Source: Okamejei kenojei (taxonomy: Eukaryota). From it: a stretch of 64,000 bases of DNA. The position numbers and the translations under genes were made by a program. Numbering within the stretch: position 1 is the stretch's first letter; every line of letters starts with the position of its first letter. The stretch spans positions 3,844,001-3,908,000 of the forward strand of contig CM069160.1 in NCBI GenBank assembly GCA_035221665.1, written 5' to 3'. Below the pieces are notes generated by a model. The model saw only the letters and a program-made list of their open reading frames with translations. It searched no databases and was not told where the DNA came from. This document shows, in pieces, positions 1-12,443 of this stretch.

Positions 1-1134
1 CCAAATGCAGGATGACTTTGGAAGCATGGAATTGGTGCAGAGGCAGTATGCCAGAATGATGCACAGATTAGATATTAGCTAGAAAGAGAGGTTGGATAGA
101 CTTGGGTTGTAATCGCTAGAATGCCAGAGGTTGATAAAAATATATAACATTATGAGAGGCATAGATAGGATAGAGAGTCAGAACATTTTACACAGGGTGG
201 AAATATAAAGCAATGGAGCAAATATAAAGCATAGCTTTCAGGTGAGTGGGACATGGTGTAAAGTGCCATGTATTAATAGAACGCTCAATGAGAGATTTTT
301 GCGTTGATGTTGAGACTATACTATACTTTTACACCAATACACATCTTTAAACTGAGCTCATGTCTCTCCTCCCATCTGAAAAAAAGATGCATGAATAAGG
401 GCTGGGAAATTCTTACACGTCCGTTGACCAATTGTTATTTCTTAAGCAATACCGGTAAAATCGACAAAAACAGGCGCAAAAAGCTGGGTATCTCAACAGG
501 TCAGACAACACTTCCGGGGAAAAGGAAATTGTGACGATTTGTGTCGAGACCCGTCCCGAAATATCACCTATTCCTTTTCCCCAGAGATGCTGCCTGACCC
601 GCTGTGTTGCTCCAGATTTTTGCATCTGCCTACAGCGAAATCGAGCATCTGCAGTTTCTTCCTACGCAGACTATGTGGTTTGTCTCAAACTGCTGTTTGT
701 GGAATTGACTGCATTCTGAATTGTTAAATAGTAATACTTTGGGAAACATCTATTCGGCTGTAAGATGCTAAGTGAAATGTGATTTTGTATTTGTTGACTT
801 AAAAAACACCAATATAATCCCTACCATAAGACGTGATCCTTAAACTGTATTCACTGGTAATAGTGACCAGAACAAGTTTTCTCATTCCCATTGGATCTGG
901 TTATCAGGTTTGTGTACAAATGGACCCAATAATTAGCTTCGGGCACCAGAGTTCTGTTAAAAAACGTTCAAGAGATTAAGTTGGGTACGACAAAAGCTGG
1001 AGAAACTCAGCGGGTGCAGCAGCATCAAAGAGCGAAGGAGATAGGCGAGACGTTTCGGGTCGAGACCTTCTAGATTAAGTACTGTTGCATGCGTTTACTC
1101 TGCTGTTAACGAGTGCTGTGGGCAGCTGTAAAAC

Positions 1135-1190
1135 ATGTTCTTTTTTTTTTACCTTACTGAACACTTACGGTATTGCCACAGTCTCCTCTG
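1135..1190 (+). CDS. MHC class I-like gene, candidate exon 1 (signal peptide), with one extra T in a T10 run
   Basis: ATG at 1135 and strong donor G|GTAAGC at 1190/1191. Removing one T from 1141-1150 gives MFFFFTLLNTYGIATVSS plus a phase-1 G, which joins AT of the alpha1 exon to read VSS|DFHHL, a typical class I leader/mature junction. As assembled the exon is 56 nt and out of phase by 1. Confidence 0.6.
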
Positions 1191-2132
1191 GTAAGCAAAT
1201 GCTGCTTCTACTTGTAAACTTTGAGGAAACAACAAAACTGATTCTATGTTCTGTGCTGCACATTCCCTGTGATTGCCCTGGGTTCATTGTCTTGGTTGTA
1301 TAAATTGAATTATTGAAATTGAATGTATTAATAATTTTTGGGTAAAGGTCATTCCTGAGTTGTGAAGGCTCCAGTGATAAGTTATATATACTATGGTTAC
1401 CTTGGCAATCCATTGAAGAGAAGAAATGAATACAGGTAATAAAGATATAGAACATAGGACAATCAGCAACAGGAGCAGGTCGTTCAGTCCCTTTACTGCG
1501 AGAAAATGGTCTTGACACGAAACGTCACCTATTCTTTTCTCCAGAGATGCTGCCTGACCCCCAAGTTACTCCAGCATTGTGTGTCTACCTTCGGCCCACA
1601 AAGTCTGTACTGAACAAAATAAACTAATCTCCTCTACCTGTATGTGATCCGTATCCGGCCATTCCCTGCCTATCTATGTACCTATCCTAATAAAACGCTT
1701 CTGAAATGAACTGTTATATCTGCCACCACCACCCCCCACTGGCAGCGCATTACAGGTGTCGACCACCTTCCACATAAAACAACTTGCCTCGCTCATCTCC
1801 TTTGAACATTGATTCTCCTGCATTAAAGTGATGTTCTCTGGTCTTCAACATTTCCACCCTGGGAAAACGGTTCTGACTGTCCACTCCGTCTGTGCCTCTC
1901 ACCACTTTATGCACTTTCATCAGGTCTCCCTATCACCTCCAGTATACAAGATAAAACAATCCATGTTTGTCCAATCTGTCCTTGCACTAATTCCTCAGAC
2001 AGAATTCAGGTAAACCGATGATGTGCACTTTCAATAAAGAAGCGACTTCTTCATTAGTAGGTGTCCCACTTCTCCACGATTTCCTCAGCTGGTGTTAGAC
2101 ACACAAATTATGGTAAAAATCAGCCTGCATTA

Positions 2133-2433
2133 AACATAGAAACATACAAACATAGAAAATAGTTTCAGGAGGAGGCCATTCGGCCCTTCGAGCCAGCACC
2201 GCCATTCAATATGATCATGGCTGATCGTCCGCTATCAATAACCCGTGCCTGCCTTCTCCCCATATCCCTTGACTCCACCAGACCCTAGAGCTCTATCCAA
2301 CTCTCTCTTAAATCCATCCAGTGATTTGGCCTCCACTGCCCTCTGTGGCAGGGAATTCCATAAACTCACAACTCTCTGGGTAAAAAAGTTTTTTCTCAGC
2401 TCATTCTTAAATGACCTCCTCTTTATTCTAAGA
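2133..2433 (-). mobile_element. CR1 LINE 3' end
   Basis: FFTQRVVSLWNSLPQRAVEA...GYGEKAGTGY plus tail repeat. Confidence 0.85.
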
Positions 2434-3649
2434 ATGAACAATCAATGTTGTTTTAATGTTGTAGTTATCTTGTTCTGTCTGCTGCATGCTTCCTCTCCTG
2501 CAGACCCTATCCATTACCCCACCACCACTTCCCCAGAAGAGGATAATGGCATTTAAGACGCTTGAGGATAGGCACGTGGATATGCAGGGAATTGAGGGAT
2601 ATGAATCATGTACACGCATGAAGAGTTTAGTTTAACTTGACATCATGATCGGCACAGACATTGTGGCTGAACTCCAGCCCACTGCACCCTTAATGAACAA
2701 AAATCTATCAATCTCAATCTGGAAATTTTCATGTGGGCAACATATTAAACAGATCACAGAATCGAGAACCAGAGGACATAGGTTTAAATTGAAGGGGGGA
2801 AAGATTTAATGGGAATCTGATGGGCAATTTCTTCCCACACAATGGTTCCGTCCTAACTATTCTGACATTCGTCAAGGCTTGGAGATTACAAACCTGTAAT
2901 CGCATGCTCGTCCTGAAGGTTTAATCACATTGTTATCAGATGAAAGTAAATATAATGGTGATTGCCGTGTTGAAATAATACCATATAATACAAAAATCCT
3001 TGGCTGTGGAGTATTTTGGGAAGTCACATGGATTTTATCATTACGGTATTCCACGCGTAGCATTCTTATGTTTCTCCTGGTAACACTGAAACAGACATTT
3101 CTAACTCTCGCTTTGGGGCCCCTTCTCGTCTGACTTAAACACATGGACTTTGACACTGTCTGGTGTGTTGCCTGTAATCTATATCACAGAACAAATATTG
3201 CGTGTTCATGTGGAAACAAGAAACTGCACACGCTGGTTAATACACATAACAGGTCGGGCAGTATGTCTGGAGAACATGGATAGGTGATGTTTCAGTTTAG
3301 ACATCAGTTTAGATGTGCAAGAAGGAACTGCAGATGCTGATTTAAACGAAGATAGACACAAAAAGCTGGAGTAACTCAGCGGGATAGGCTGCATCTCTGG
3401 AGAGAAGAAATGGGTGGCGTTTTGGTTCGAGACGCTTCTTCAGACTGGTGATGCAGATGCTGGTTTACACCGAAGATAGACACAAAAAACTGGAGTAACA
3501 GTAAGTCAGGCAGCAACGCTGGAGAAAAGTAATAGATGGCGTTTCAGGTCAAGGCACTTTTTCGGATCGAGACGGGGGTGCATATCTTTCATTAATATGT
3601 CCTATGTACCTTTTCGTATCACTTGGTTCACTGTCTCCTGATTCTCAGT

Positions 3650-3677
3650 CTGAAGAAGGGTCTCGACCCGAAACGTC
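3650..3677 (+). ncRNA. Minimal type I hammerhead ribozyme-like motif (representative copy)
   Basis: CTGAAGA-A-GGGTC(TC)GACCC-GAAA-CGTC: catalytic core, stem II, palindromic ACGT stem III and GUC site. An identical core lies at 21565-21592. Confidence 0.65.
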
Positions 3678-4125
3678 ACCTTTTGCTTTTCTCCAGAGAT
3701 GCTGCCTGACCCACTGCGTTACTCCTGTAGGCTGTGTTGAGTTTCCGTTTATACCCTGTTTATTATAGCCGTCTCCCAGACCAAGGCATATATTGACCCC
3801 CCACCCCCCCCCCCCCCCCCCCGATAACCGGGACTCACCAGTAAGATCTCCTTTACACTTACTGCTCCAATTTACAGAATCTCAGTGTCCTCATAAGTCA
3901 GAATTGTCCCATTCCATGCAAGCATGTCTTACCAGATGGGCGTTTCAGTGTTGTAGCCCACAGAGATGCTACCTATGAGGACATGGACTCAATCCTGATC
4001 TCGACTACAACTTGTGTGGCATGTTTATTATTTCCCTGAAACCATGCGTGCTTCCTCTGGTTATACCAGTTTCTCCCCACATCCCAAAGAGAGGTAAATT
4101 GGCCAGCGTGAATTGATCGTTCATA

Positions 4126-6379
4126 CAGTGCCCTCCATAATGTTTCGGACAAAGAACAATCATTTATTTATTTGCCCCTGTACTGCAGAATTTGATAGTT
4201 CTCATATAAAAACTCAAATGTGGTTAAAGTGCACATTGTCAGATTTAAAAAAAAGGCCATTATTTTTCATGTTGGTTTCTCCATGTAGAAATTACAGCAG
4301 TGTTTATACATAGTCCCCCCATTTTTGGGGCATCATAATGTTTGGGACACAGCAATGTCATGTAAATGAAAATAGCCATGCTTAGTATTTTGTTGCATAT
4401 CCGTTGCATGCAATGACTGCTTGAAGCCGATGATTCATGGACATCACCAGTTGCTGGGGGTCTTTTCTGGTGATGCTCTGCCAGGCCTGCATTGCAACCA
4501 TCTTTAGCTTATGCTTCATTTGAGGGCTAGTACCCTTCAGTTTATTCTTCAGCATATAAGAGGCATGCTCAGTTTGGTTCAGATCGGGTGATTGACTTGG
4601 CCACTCACAATTTACATTGTTTTAGCTTAGAAAAGCTATTTTGTTGCTTCAGCAATATGTTTGGGATCATTGTCTTGCTGTAGTATGTACCGCCGGCAAA
4701 TATGTGTTTTGACGCATTTGTTTGAACTTGAGCAGATAGGATGTGTCTATACGCTTCAGAATTCATTATGCTTCTACCATCAGTAGCTGAATGTTCAACA
4801 AAGCTAAGTAAGCCAGTACCTTCAGCAGCCATACGTGCCCAGGCCACAACACCCCACTACCGTGTTTCACAGGTGAGGTGGTGTACTTTGGATCTTGGGC
4901 AGTTCCTTATCTCCTCAATATTTTGTTCTTGCCATCACTATGATATGTTAATCTTCGTCTCATCTGTCCATAAGACCTTTTTCCAGAACTGTGGTTGCTC
5001 TTTAAAGTACTTCTTGGCAAACATTAACCGGGTCATCCTATTTTAGCGGCTAAAACGTGGTTTGCATCTTGCAGTGTAGTGTCCGTATTTCTGTTCATGA
5101 AGTCTTCTGCGGACAGTGGTCATTGACGAATCCACACTTGACTCCTGATGAGTGTTTCTGATGTCGGACAGGTGTTTGGGGATGTTTCTTTTTAACAGAG
5201 AGAATTCTTCTGTCATCAGCTGTGAAGGTGTTCCTTGGCCTGCCGGTCCCTTTGCGATTAGTAAGCTCACCATAGAACCATAGAAACATAGAAAATAGGA
5301 GCAGTAGGAGGCCATTCGTCCCTTCGAGCCAGCACCGCCATTCATTGTGATCATGGCCGATCGTCTCCTATCAATAACCCGTGCGTGCCTTCTCCCCACA
5401 TCCCTTGACTCCACTAGCCCCTAGAGCTCTATCTAACTCTCTCTTAAATCCATCCTATGACTTGGCCTCCACTGCCCTCTGTGGCAGGGAATTCCATGAA
5501 TTCACAACTCTCTGGATGAAAACGTTTTTTTTCACCTCAGTCTTAAAAGACCTCCCCTTTATTCTGAGACTGTGGCCCCTGGTTCTGGACTCGCCCAACA
5601 TTGGGAACATGTTTCCTGCATCTAGCTTGTCCAGTCCTTTTATAATTTTATATGTTTCTATAAGATCCCCCTCATCCTTCTAAACTCCAGTCAATACAAT
5701 CCTAGTCTTTTCAATCGTTCCTCATATGACAGTTCCGCCATCCCAGGGATCAATCTCGTGAACATGCGCTGCACTGCCTCAATTACAAGGATGTCCTTCC
5801 TCAAATTAGGAGACCAAAACTGTACACACTACTCCAGATGTGGTCTCACCAGAGCCCTATACAACCAGAGAGCACCAGTGCTCTCTTTCTTCTTAATGAT
5901 GTTCCAATTGGTTGATTTTGGTAAGCCTAACGTTTGGCTGATGTCTTGAACAGTTTTATTCTTGTTTCTCAGACTCATAATAGCTTCTTTGACTTTAATT
6001 GGCACAACTTTGATCCTCATGTTGATAAACAGCAATACAAGTTTCCAAAGGTGTTGGAAAGACTAGGTGCTGAGCTCTCTTATACTCTGCATTAAGGAGG
6101 CATTTAAATACCCAAGAGCAATTATATATACCTGTGAAGCCATGTGTCCCAAACATTATGGTGCCCCGAAATGGGGGGGGGGGGGGAGATTATGTATAAA
6201 CACAGCTGTAATTTCTACATGGTGAAACCAAAATGTGCAAGAAATACCCTTTAATAAAATCTGACAATATGCACTTTGACCACATGCGATTTTTTTTCTA
6301 TTAAATATCTCAAATTGTGGAGTACAGAGGCAAATAAATAAATGATGGGTCTTTGTCACAAACATTATGGCGGGCACTC
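4126..6379 (-). mobile_element. Degenerate Tc1-like DNA transposon interrupted by a CR1 fragment
   Basis: TA-CAGTGCCCTCCATAATGTTT ... AAACATTATGGCGGGCACTC-TA, long IR/DR-type TIRs, and broken transposase remnants (MAWARMAAEGTG, TTVRRRLHE) on the minus strand. Confidence 0.85.
5273..5865 (-). mobile_element. CR1 LINE 3' fragment nested in the Tc1 element
   Basis: LYRALVRPHLE RT C-terminus through the 3' UTR and (TTTCTATG)-type tail. Host sequence CACCA recurs on both sides. Confidence 0.85.
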
Positions 6380-7212
6380 TATGTATTAGAATCTATGGAG
6401 GGGAGGTACTAATGGGAGAATGGAAAGTATTAAATTGGTTAGCGTACCACAAGTATAAATAGGTGTTTGATGGTTACCACGGATTTGGTGGGCTAAAGGG
6501 CCTTTTTATATGCTGTACCCAGAGGCCATAAGTTTAAAATAAGGTGAGAAATATATAATACGAACCTGAGGCGTAGCTTTGTTACACAAAGAGTGGTGGG
6601 TGTACTGAATGAACTGCCGGAGAAGGCAGTTCAGGCAGGTAATATCGCAACATTTAAGAAACATTTAATCAGGTACATGGATAGATAGATTTTGAATGAT
6701 ATGGGCCTTCTCAGAGAGCTGTGGACCCCGCGTCAATTGATGTTTTCAGTTGGAGATTGACAGATTCTTGATCACTACGGGTGTCAAGGGTTATGGTGCG
6801 AAGGCGGGACAATGTGGTTGAGAGGGAGAGATAGAGCAGCCATGATTGAATGGCCGATGGGCTGAATGGCCTATTTATTCTCCTAGGAACTTAAGTACTG
6901 ATGAAATACAGGCAGTGTAGATGGGGCATGTTGGTCGGTGTGGGCAAGTTGAGCCGTAGACCTGATTCCCTGCTGTATGACTCTTTGACTTTACCTCCCT
7001 ATGATTCTATAAAGTCTCTGTGACATTGTCCATGTTCTTAATAAAATAAAATATTCTTCATATTTTGGAATATTGCAACTAGTAGACCATATCGACATGA
7101 TAGACAATAATAGATCTTTGAAGATGGGAATCAATCCAATCGGATCATTCATTGCCTCGACCACAATTGGTGGAATAGGTATCAGAGCCCATCTTGCCTA
7201 CTCTTGAAGATG

Positions 7213-7525
7213 GCTCAGTGGTACAGGGGTAGAATTGCTGCCTTACCGCCCTGACAGCACCAATGCCCAGGTTGGATCCTGACTACGGGTCCTGTCTGTA
7301 CGGTGTTTGTACATTATCCACCTGACTGTGTGGGTTTTTCCCGAGATCTTCAATTCTTCCCACATACCAAAGAAGTACAGGTCTGTAGGTTAATTACCTT
7401 AGTGTAGAATGTAAATTTTTCCTGGTGTGTGTAGGGTAGTGTTAGAGTGTGGGGGTTGCTGGTCAGTGTGGACTCAGTGGGCCGAAGGGCCTGTTTCCAT
7501 GCTGTATCTCTATCTAAAACCTAAA
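7213..7525 (+). mobile_element. tRNA-derived V-SINE/HE1-like SINE (representative copy)
   Basis: tRNA-like head with A/B boxes, V-domain-like core and CR1-like 3' end. Other copies at about 9325-9615(-), 10810-11010(-), 48985-49270(+), 52270-52565(-), 53520-53810(-), 60615-60935(+), 63010-63305(-). Confidence 0.75.
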
Positions 7526-7597
7526 TAAACGGCTCCTGACCCACAATGTCTTCCGATCATCTCCGCCCCCCCCCCCCCCTACAGATGCTGCCTGGCC

Positions 7598-7787
7598 CAC
7601 TGAGTTCCTCCAGCACTTGCATCTGCATGTCCTTATCACCCTCTTATACAAAGTTCTTGTATTGTTAGCAGTTTTAGCAACTTCTTTGAGCACTGAGTTC
7701 CTCCAGCACTTGCATCTGCATGTCCTTGTCACCCTCTTATACAAAGTTCTTGTATTGTTAGCAGTTTTAGCAACTTCTTTGAGCACT
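7598..7787. repeat. 93-bp tandem duplication (2 copies, 1 mismatch)
   Basis: Unit CACTGAGTTCCTCC...CTTCTTTGAG starts at 7598 and 7691, ending about 50 nt before the alpha1 acceptor. Confidence 0.95.
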
Positions 7788-7833
7788 TTACAGTGATGAC
7801 ACAATCAGACTTATTTTTGTTTATGCATTGCAG

Positions 7834-8094
7834 ATTTTCACCATCTTGCATTTTACTACCTGTTGAACCATGGATTGAGTGAGTTGCCTGAGTACAGTAT
7901 GGTGGCAATGTTGGATGACCTTCAGATCGCATATTTTGACAGCACACTAGATCGGGCTGTTCCCAGACAACGATGGATGGCCCAGTCTTTCCCGCAGGAT
8001 CACTGGGCTTCAATGACCATCACAGTGGCAGGTTTTCATGGGATTGTCCGAGGAAATGCGGAGATAGTTTACCAACAGCAACATGGTGTCTCGA
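7834..8094 (+). CDS. MHC class I-like heavy chain, alpha1 exon (261 nt, phase 1-1)
   Basis: Acceptor ttgcAG at 7832-33 and donor GTAAGT at 8095. Encodes (D)FHHLAFYYLLNHGLSELPEYSMVAMLDDLQIAYFDSTLDRAVPRQRWMAQSFPQDHW..., with class I hallmarks H3, D29, Q32, F36-D37-S38, W51, W60. Confidence 0.93.
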
Positions 8095-8966
8095 GTAAGT
8101 GTCCTGACCAGACCTGGGGTAGACACCCAACATGTACTGGAGTATTCTGATAAACTTTGTTATTTATGTAATTATTCCCTCAGTAATAATATTCTGTTAA
8201 TCCAGCATTCCCTCAATATTGGCAACAATCCTCAGAGAGTGTAGCAATCCCAGACAGTGCTACAGCCTTGATGTACTTTCCATCTGCATCGCCTTAACCT
8301 TCAGACTGAGCTGTTGGCTCTGTACCATTGCCCATCTGACAATGCACTTCTTCCTCTGTTCTTTATGTACGACAGTGCAGAAGTCTGAGTTCTACCCTTC
8401 TGACACAGCAGAACTGCTTTAGTGTAACATCCGCAAGATTAAAGCGTCCCCCCCACAAACTTGACGTTAGTCCATGCCCTCAGTATATAGACCATTGATC
8501 ATTGAGTCATTGAGTCACACAGCATGGATATCGGCCATTCTGCTCACTGAATCCACACTGATCATCAATTGTGCTAAGATGGAGTAACAGCAAACTGCAG
8601 ATGCTGCCAACCTGAATTAAAAACAAACTGGAGGAACTCAGTGAGTCAGTCAGCATTCTGTGGAAAAATGGCCAGAAAACATATGAGACCAGGACCATTT
8701 AGTGATGGAGTAGGGTGGAGAAAGTTGGAAAAAAAAGTAGTGTGTGTAGGATAGTGTTAATGTGCGGGGATCACTGGTCGTTGCGGACTCGGTGGGCTGA
8801 AGGGCCTCTTTCCACGCAGTATCTCTAAACTAAAGCTGCTCCTGTGCTGTACAGCTCTATGTTGTGTTCTGTTCTGCCTGTTTGTACCACGCTGAGAACT
8901 GATTTGTTAATTGTCTCTCCTCCCCATCCCCTTCCCCCCAAACCAAATCATCCACCTCAGCCCCAG

Positions 8967-9242
8967 CTGTTTTCTTTGTCCAGGGTTTCTGCGGCTGTGA
9001 AGTGGACAGTGACAATTTCACTGATGGGTTTGTCAGACTGGGTTATGACGGGGAGGATGCCTGTGCTTTCGACAAGGACAGAATGCGCTGGATTGCACTA
9101 AGTCCAGATTTCCAGGTGCTAGTAGATCGGTGGAATGTCAACACCTTCATGAACAAGTATTTCAAAGATCTCCTGGAGAAGGACTGTGTGAAGTGGCTGC
9201 TGATATATCTGGAGTGTGGACAAGAAGCACTACAGAGGAGAG
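8967..9242 (+). CDS. MHC class I-like heavy chain, alpha2 exon (276 nt, phase 1-1)
   Basis: (T)VFFVQGFCGCEVDSDNFTDGFVRLGYDGEDACAFDKDRMRW...KDCVKWLLIYLECGQEALQRR: C101/C164 pair, YDGxD motif, W133, W147, W167, Y171. The acceptor at 8964-66 gives the canonical 276 nt; an in-frame alternative lies at 8958-60. Donor GT at 9243. Confidence 0.93.
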
Positions 9243-10441
9243 GTATACGGCGTATGCACTCTGACTGGTAGATAGATCAGGTGGGAAATATCCTGCACTT
9301 CAGGCTGTCACTTGAGCAATTGTTAGTTTAGAGATACAGTTCGGCAACAGGCCCTTTGGCCCACCGAGACCGCACCGACCAGCGATGCCCGCAAACTAAC
9401 ACTATCCTGCACATAATAGGGACAATTTGCATTTATACCAACCTAATTAACCTGCAAATTTGTACGTCTTTCGAATGTGAGGGGAAACCGAAGATCTTGG
9501 ATAAAACCCACGCAGGTCATAGGGAGAACGTACAAACTCTGTAAAGGCAAGCACCCGTAGTTAGTAACAAGCCCGCGTCTCTGGCGCTGTAAGGCAGTCT
9601 CTCGACCGCTTCGCCACTCTGTTCTTGGACGAGGTTATCAGTAAAGTCTGGCAACGTGCCTCTTAGATGGATCCAGTGGGATGGAAGTGCAAGTGAAAGA
9701 TAAATATTGCACCAGTGTCCTCTATCCACAGTCACGTAGATATTCGGGAAATGGAGGGATATGTACCTTGGCCTTATGTTCAGCACCGACCTTGTGGCCT
9801 GAAGGGTCTGTTGCTGTGCTGATCAGAAACCGAATCAGATTCTCCATTTTCCTCTATTACTCCTTAGGATGGTGACATCCAATTTCCAACAGTTCTCTGG
9901 TTGAAGAACTTCTTCCTCCCATTCCCTCTTGGAATATGTTATTATTATTGCGTTATTATTCAGCAGAGATTCATGAACAAGTAGAAGCAATCTTGTCTAC
10001 AGTATCAATCCCAATGGTGAGTTATACTCCTCCATTGGGCACTGCAATCTCCTTCCGCCTGCGCTGTCAGCTAAAGTCTGGAGCCAAGATAAAGAGCGTG
10101 TCATTGATATTAAAACGAAATGTTTTGTTGTTTTGTTAGAAATGCAAAAAGAAAAGAGAAAAGGCTGGAAACTTTGTGCAAGATAGAACTGCAGATGATG
10201 GTTTACACCGAAGATAGAAGATGTTGGAGTAACTCAGTGGGTCAGGTAGCATCTCTGGGCATTCCTTCTCTCCAGACATGCTGCCTCATCTGCTGAGTTA
10301 CTCCAGCATTTTGTGTCTGGGCTGGAAACTTTGTTCAGCTAGAGAAAATTTCTGATAGGGAAAGAGGTGAGTTGGAGTGATCTTACAATTCAAGGCTTTT
10401 CTTCATGTCTTCACTAATTCTGACGCTTCTTCTACTTGCAG

Positions 10442-10714
10442 AAACCCCTGAGGTGGTTATTGGGATTAAACGTGATGGGTCGCAATCACTGAGACTCTCC
10501 TGCCTTGTCACAGGCTTCTACCCACCGACCATTGATGTAACGTGGCTGAAGGATGGTGAGGGGGTGCCCGGGTCTGAATCCAGTGATCTGTTGCCTAATT
10601 GGGATGGGACTTACCAGCTGAAGAATACAATTCAGCTGAGTGGAGAAGATGTGGCAACATTCTCCTGCTACATCGAACATGCAACTCTGCTGCAGGGAGT
10701 CAATGTTCCACAGG
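10442..10714 (+). CDS. MHC class I-like heavy chain, alpha3 (Ig C1-set) exon (273 nt, phase 1-1)
   Basis: Acceptor gcAG at 10440-41 and donor GTAAGT at 10715. LSCLVTGFYPPTIDVTWLKDG...LLPNWDGTYQ...FSCYIEH is a C1-set domain with the class I LPNxDGTYQ motif. Confidence 0.95.
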
Positions 10715-11144
10715 GTAAGTGGCAAGTCAATGAATCTGATCACTTGAGACCAGACACCTCCGGGACTGACATAACAGCGTCAACTCACACTCTTACCTAA
10801 TCTGTGGATTTAGACTTTCCACTTTAGAGATATGGTGCAGGAACAGGCTCTTCAGCTCACTGAGTCCTTGCCGAACAGAGATCATCCCGTACATTTACAC
10901 TGGGGGCAATTTACAATTTTACCTAAGCCAATTAACCTTTAAGCCCGTATTTCTTTGGAATGTGGGAGGAAACGGGAGCACCCAGACAAAACCCACGCAG
11001 TCACTGGGAGAAACCAATTTTATGATAGTAGCTAGTTACACAAAAGGCTAGTAGTGATGCCATAACCGACCCCATTATCAGTCTGAAGTAGCAGCACCTG
11101 TTCTGTCGCTGACTTATTTGTTCCAGACAAGACCTCTGCAAAGA

Positions 11145-11700
11145 TCTCAAGATCAAGAGTTCAAGAGAATGTTGTCATGTTGTCATGTTGTCAGATAGGA
11201 CAATGAAATTCTTCCTTTGCTTCAGCACAAGAGAATATGGTAGGCATGAATACAGAACATATCAGTGTGTCCATATACCATTATATAAATTATACACACA
11301 TGAATAAATAATAGATAAAGTGCAAATAAAAAGAAAATGGGCTATTAATGTTCAGAGTTTTGTTTGAGTTGAGTTCAATAGCCTGATGGCTGTGGGGAAG
11401 AGGCTGTTTCTGAACCTTGACGTTGCACTCTTCAGGCTCCTGTACCTTCTCCCTGAAGGTAGCAGGGTGATGAGTGTGTGGCCAGGATGATGTGGGTCCT
11501 TGATGATGCTGCCAGCCTTTTTGAGGCAGCGACTGCGATAGATCCCTCGATGGTAGGGAGGTCAGAGCCGATGATGGACTGGGCAGCGTTTACTACGTTT
11601 TGTAGTCTTTTTCGTTCCTGGGCACTCAGGTTGCTGAACCAAGCCACGATGCAACCGATCAGCATGCTCTCTATTGTGTACCAGTAGAAGTTAGAGAGAA
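11145..11700 (-). mobile_element. Rex1/Babar-like LINE 3' fragment
   Basis: LIGCIVAWFSNLSAQERKRLQNVV remnant with a (CTCTTGA)-type tail; same family as 38890-41135. Confidence 0.7.
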
Positions 11701-11812
11701 GTTAGAGTCAGCTTGGCCTTTCACGCCAGGGCGAAGCTGACATGGTTACAATTGCTGGTCAGTACGAATAGGCAGTAATGTTAATGTCTGAGTGTGCGCT
11801 CATGTGGGTGAG

Positions 11813-12068
11813 NNNNNNNNNNNNNNNNNNNNNNNNNNNNNNNNNNNNNNNNNNNNNNNNNNNNNNNNNNNNNNNNNNNNNNNNNNNNNNNNNNNNNNNN
11901 NNNNNNNNNNNNNNNNNNNNNNNNNNNNNNNNNNNNNNNNNNNNNNNNNNNNNNNNNNNNNNNNNNNNNNNNNNNNNNNNNNNNNNNNNNNNNNNNNNNN
12001 NNNNNNNNNNNNNNNNNNNNNNNNNNNNNNNNNNNNNNNNNNNNNNNNNNNNNNNNNNNNNNNNNNNN
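11813..12068. other. Assembly gap (N run)
   Basis: N run inside the alpha3-TM intron. Confidence 1.
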
Positions 12069-12443
12069 CAGCAATTTAAAACCTTTGAAGTGTTATCATC
12101 TATAAATGGGTTAACTTTTATTTGTTATAATAACAATTGTCAACATAAGAAAATAGCCTTGTTGACCTCTACACTGCAAATAATCTATTTATGACGTACT
12201 TGATTCTTTAAATTCTTAATTAAATGCTGCAGATAAAATCACAAAGCCACAATGCTAATATGATTTTTAAAGATTTTCATCGATTTTTTTTAAACACATC
12301 TATCGTCTGGACAATTACATAAATCTAAAACGTTATTACTTTGTAATTAGATATGAACAGTGCTAGTTTAATGTAGATAATAAAATAATTACAAAGTTGC
12401 TATTGATCAATAAATGTTTAAATTGCACTATATATGACTACAG

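Noticed and set aside
780-940. Possible SXY/ISRE class I promoter motifs (CCAAT/ATTGG, GACGT)
   Set aside because: Matches are short and the spacing is unconvincing; cannot be supported without alignment.
11778-12194. ORFs spanning Ns
   Set aside because: Artefact of the assembly gap.
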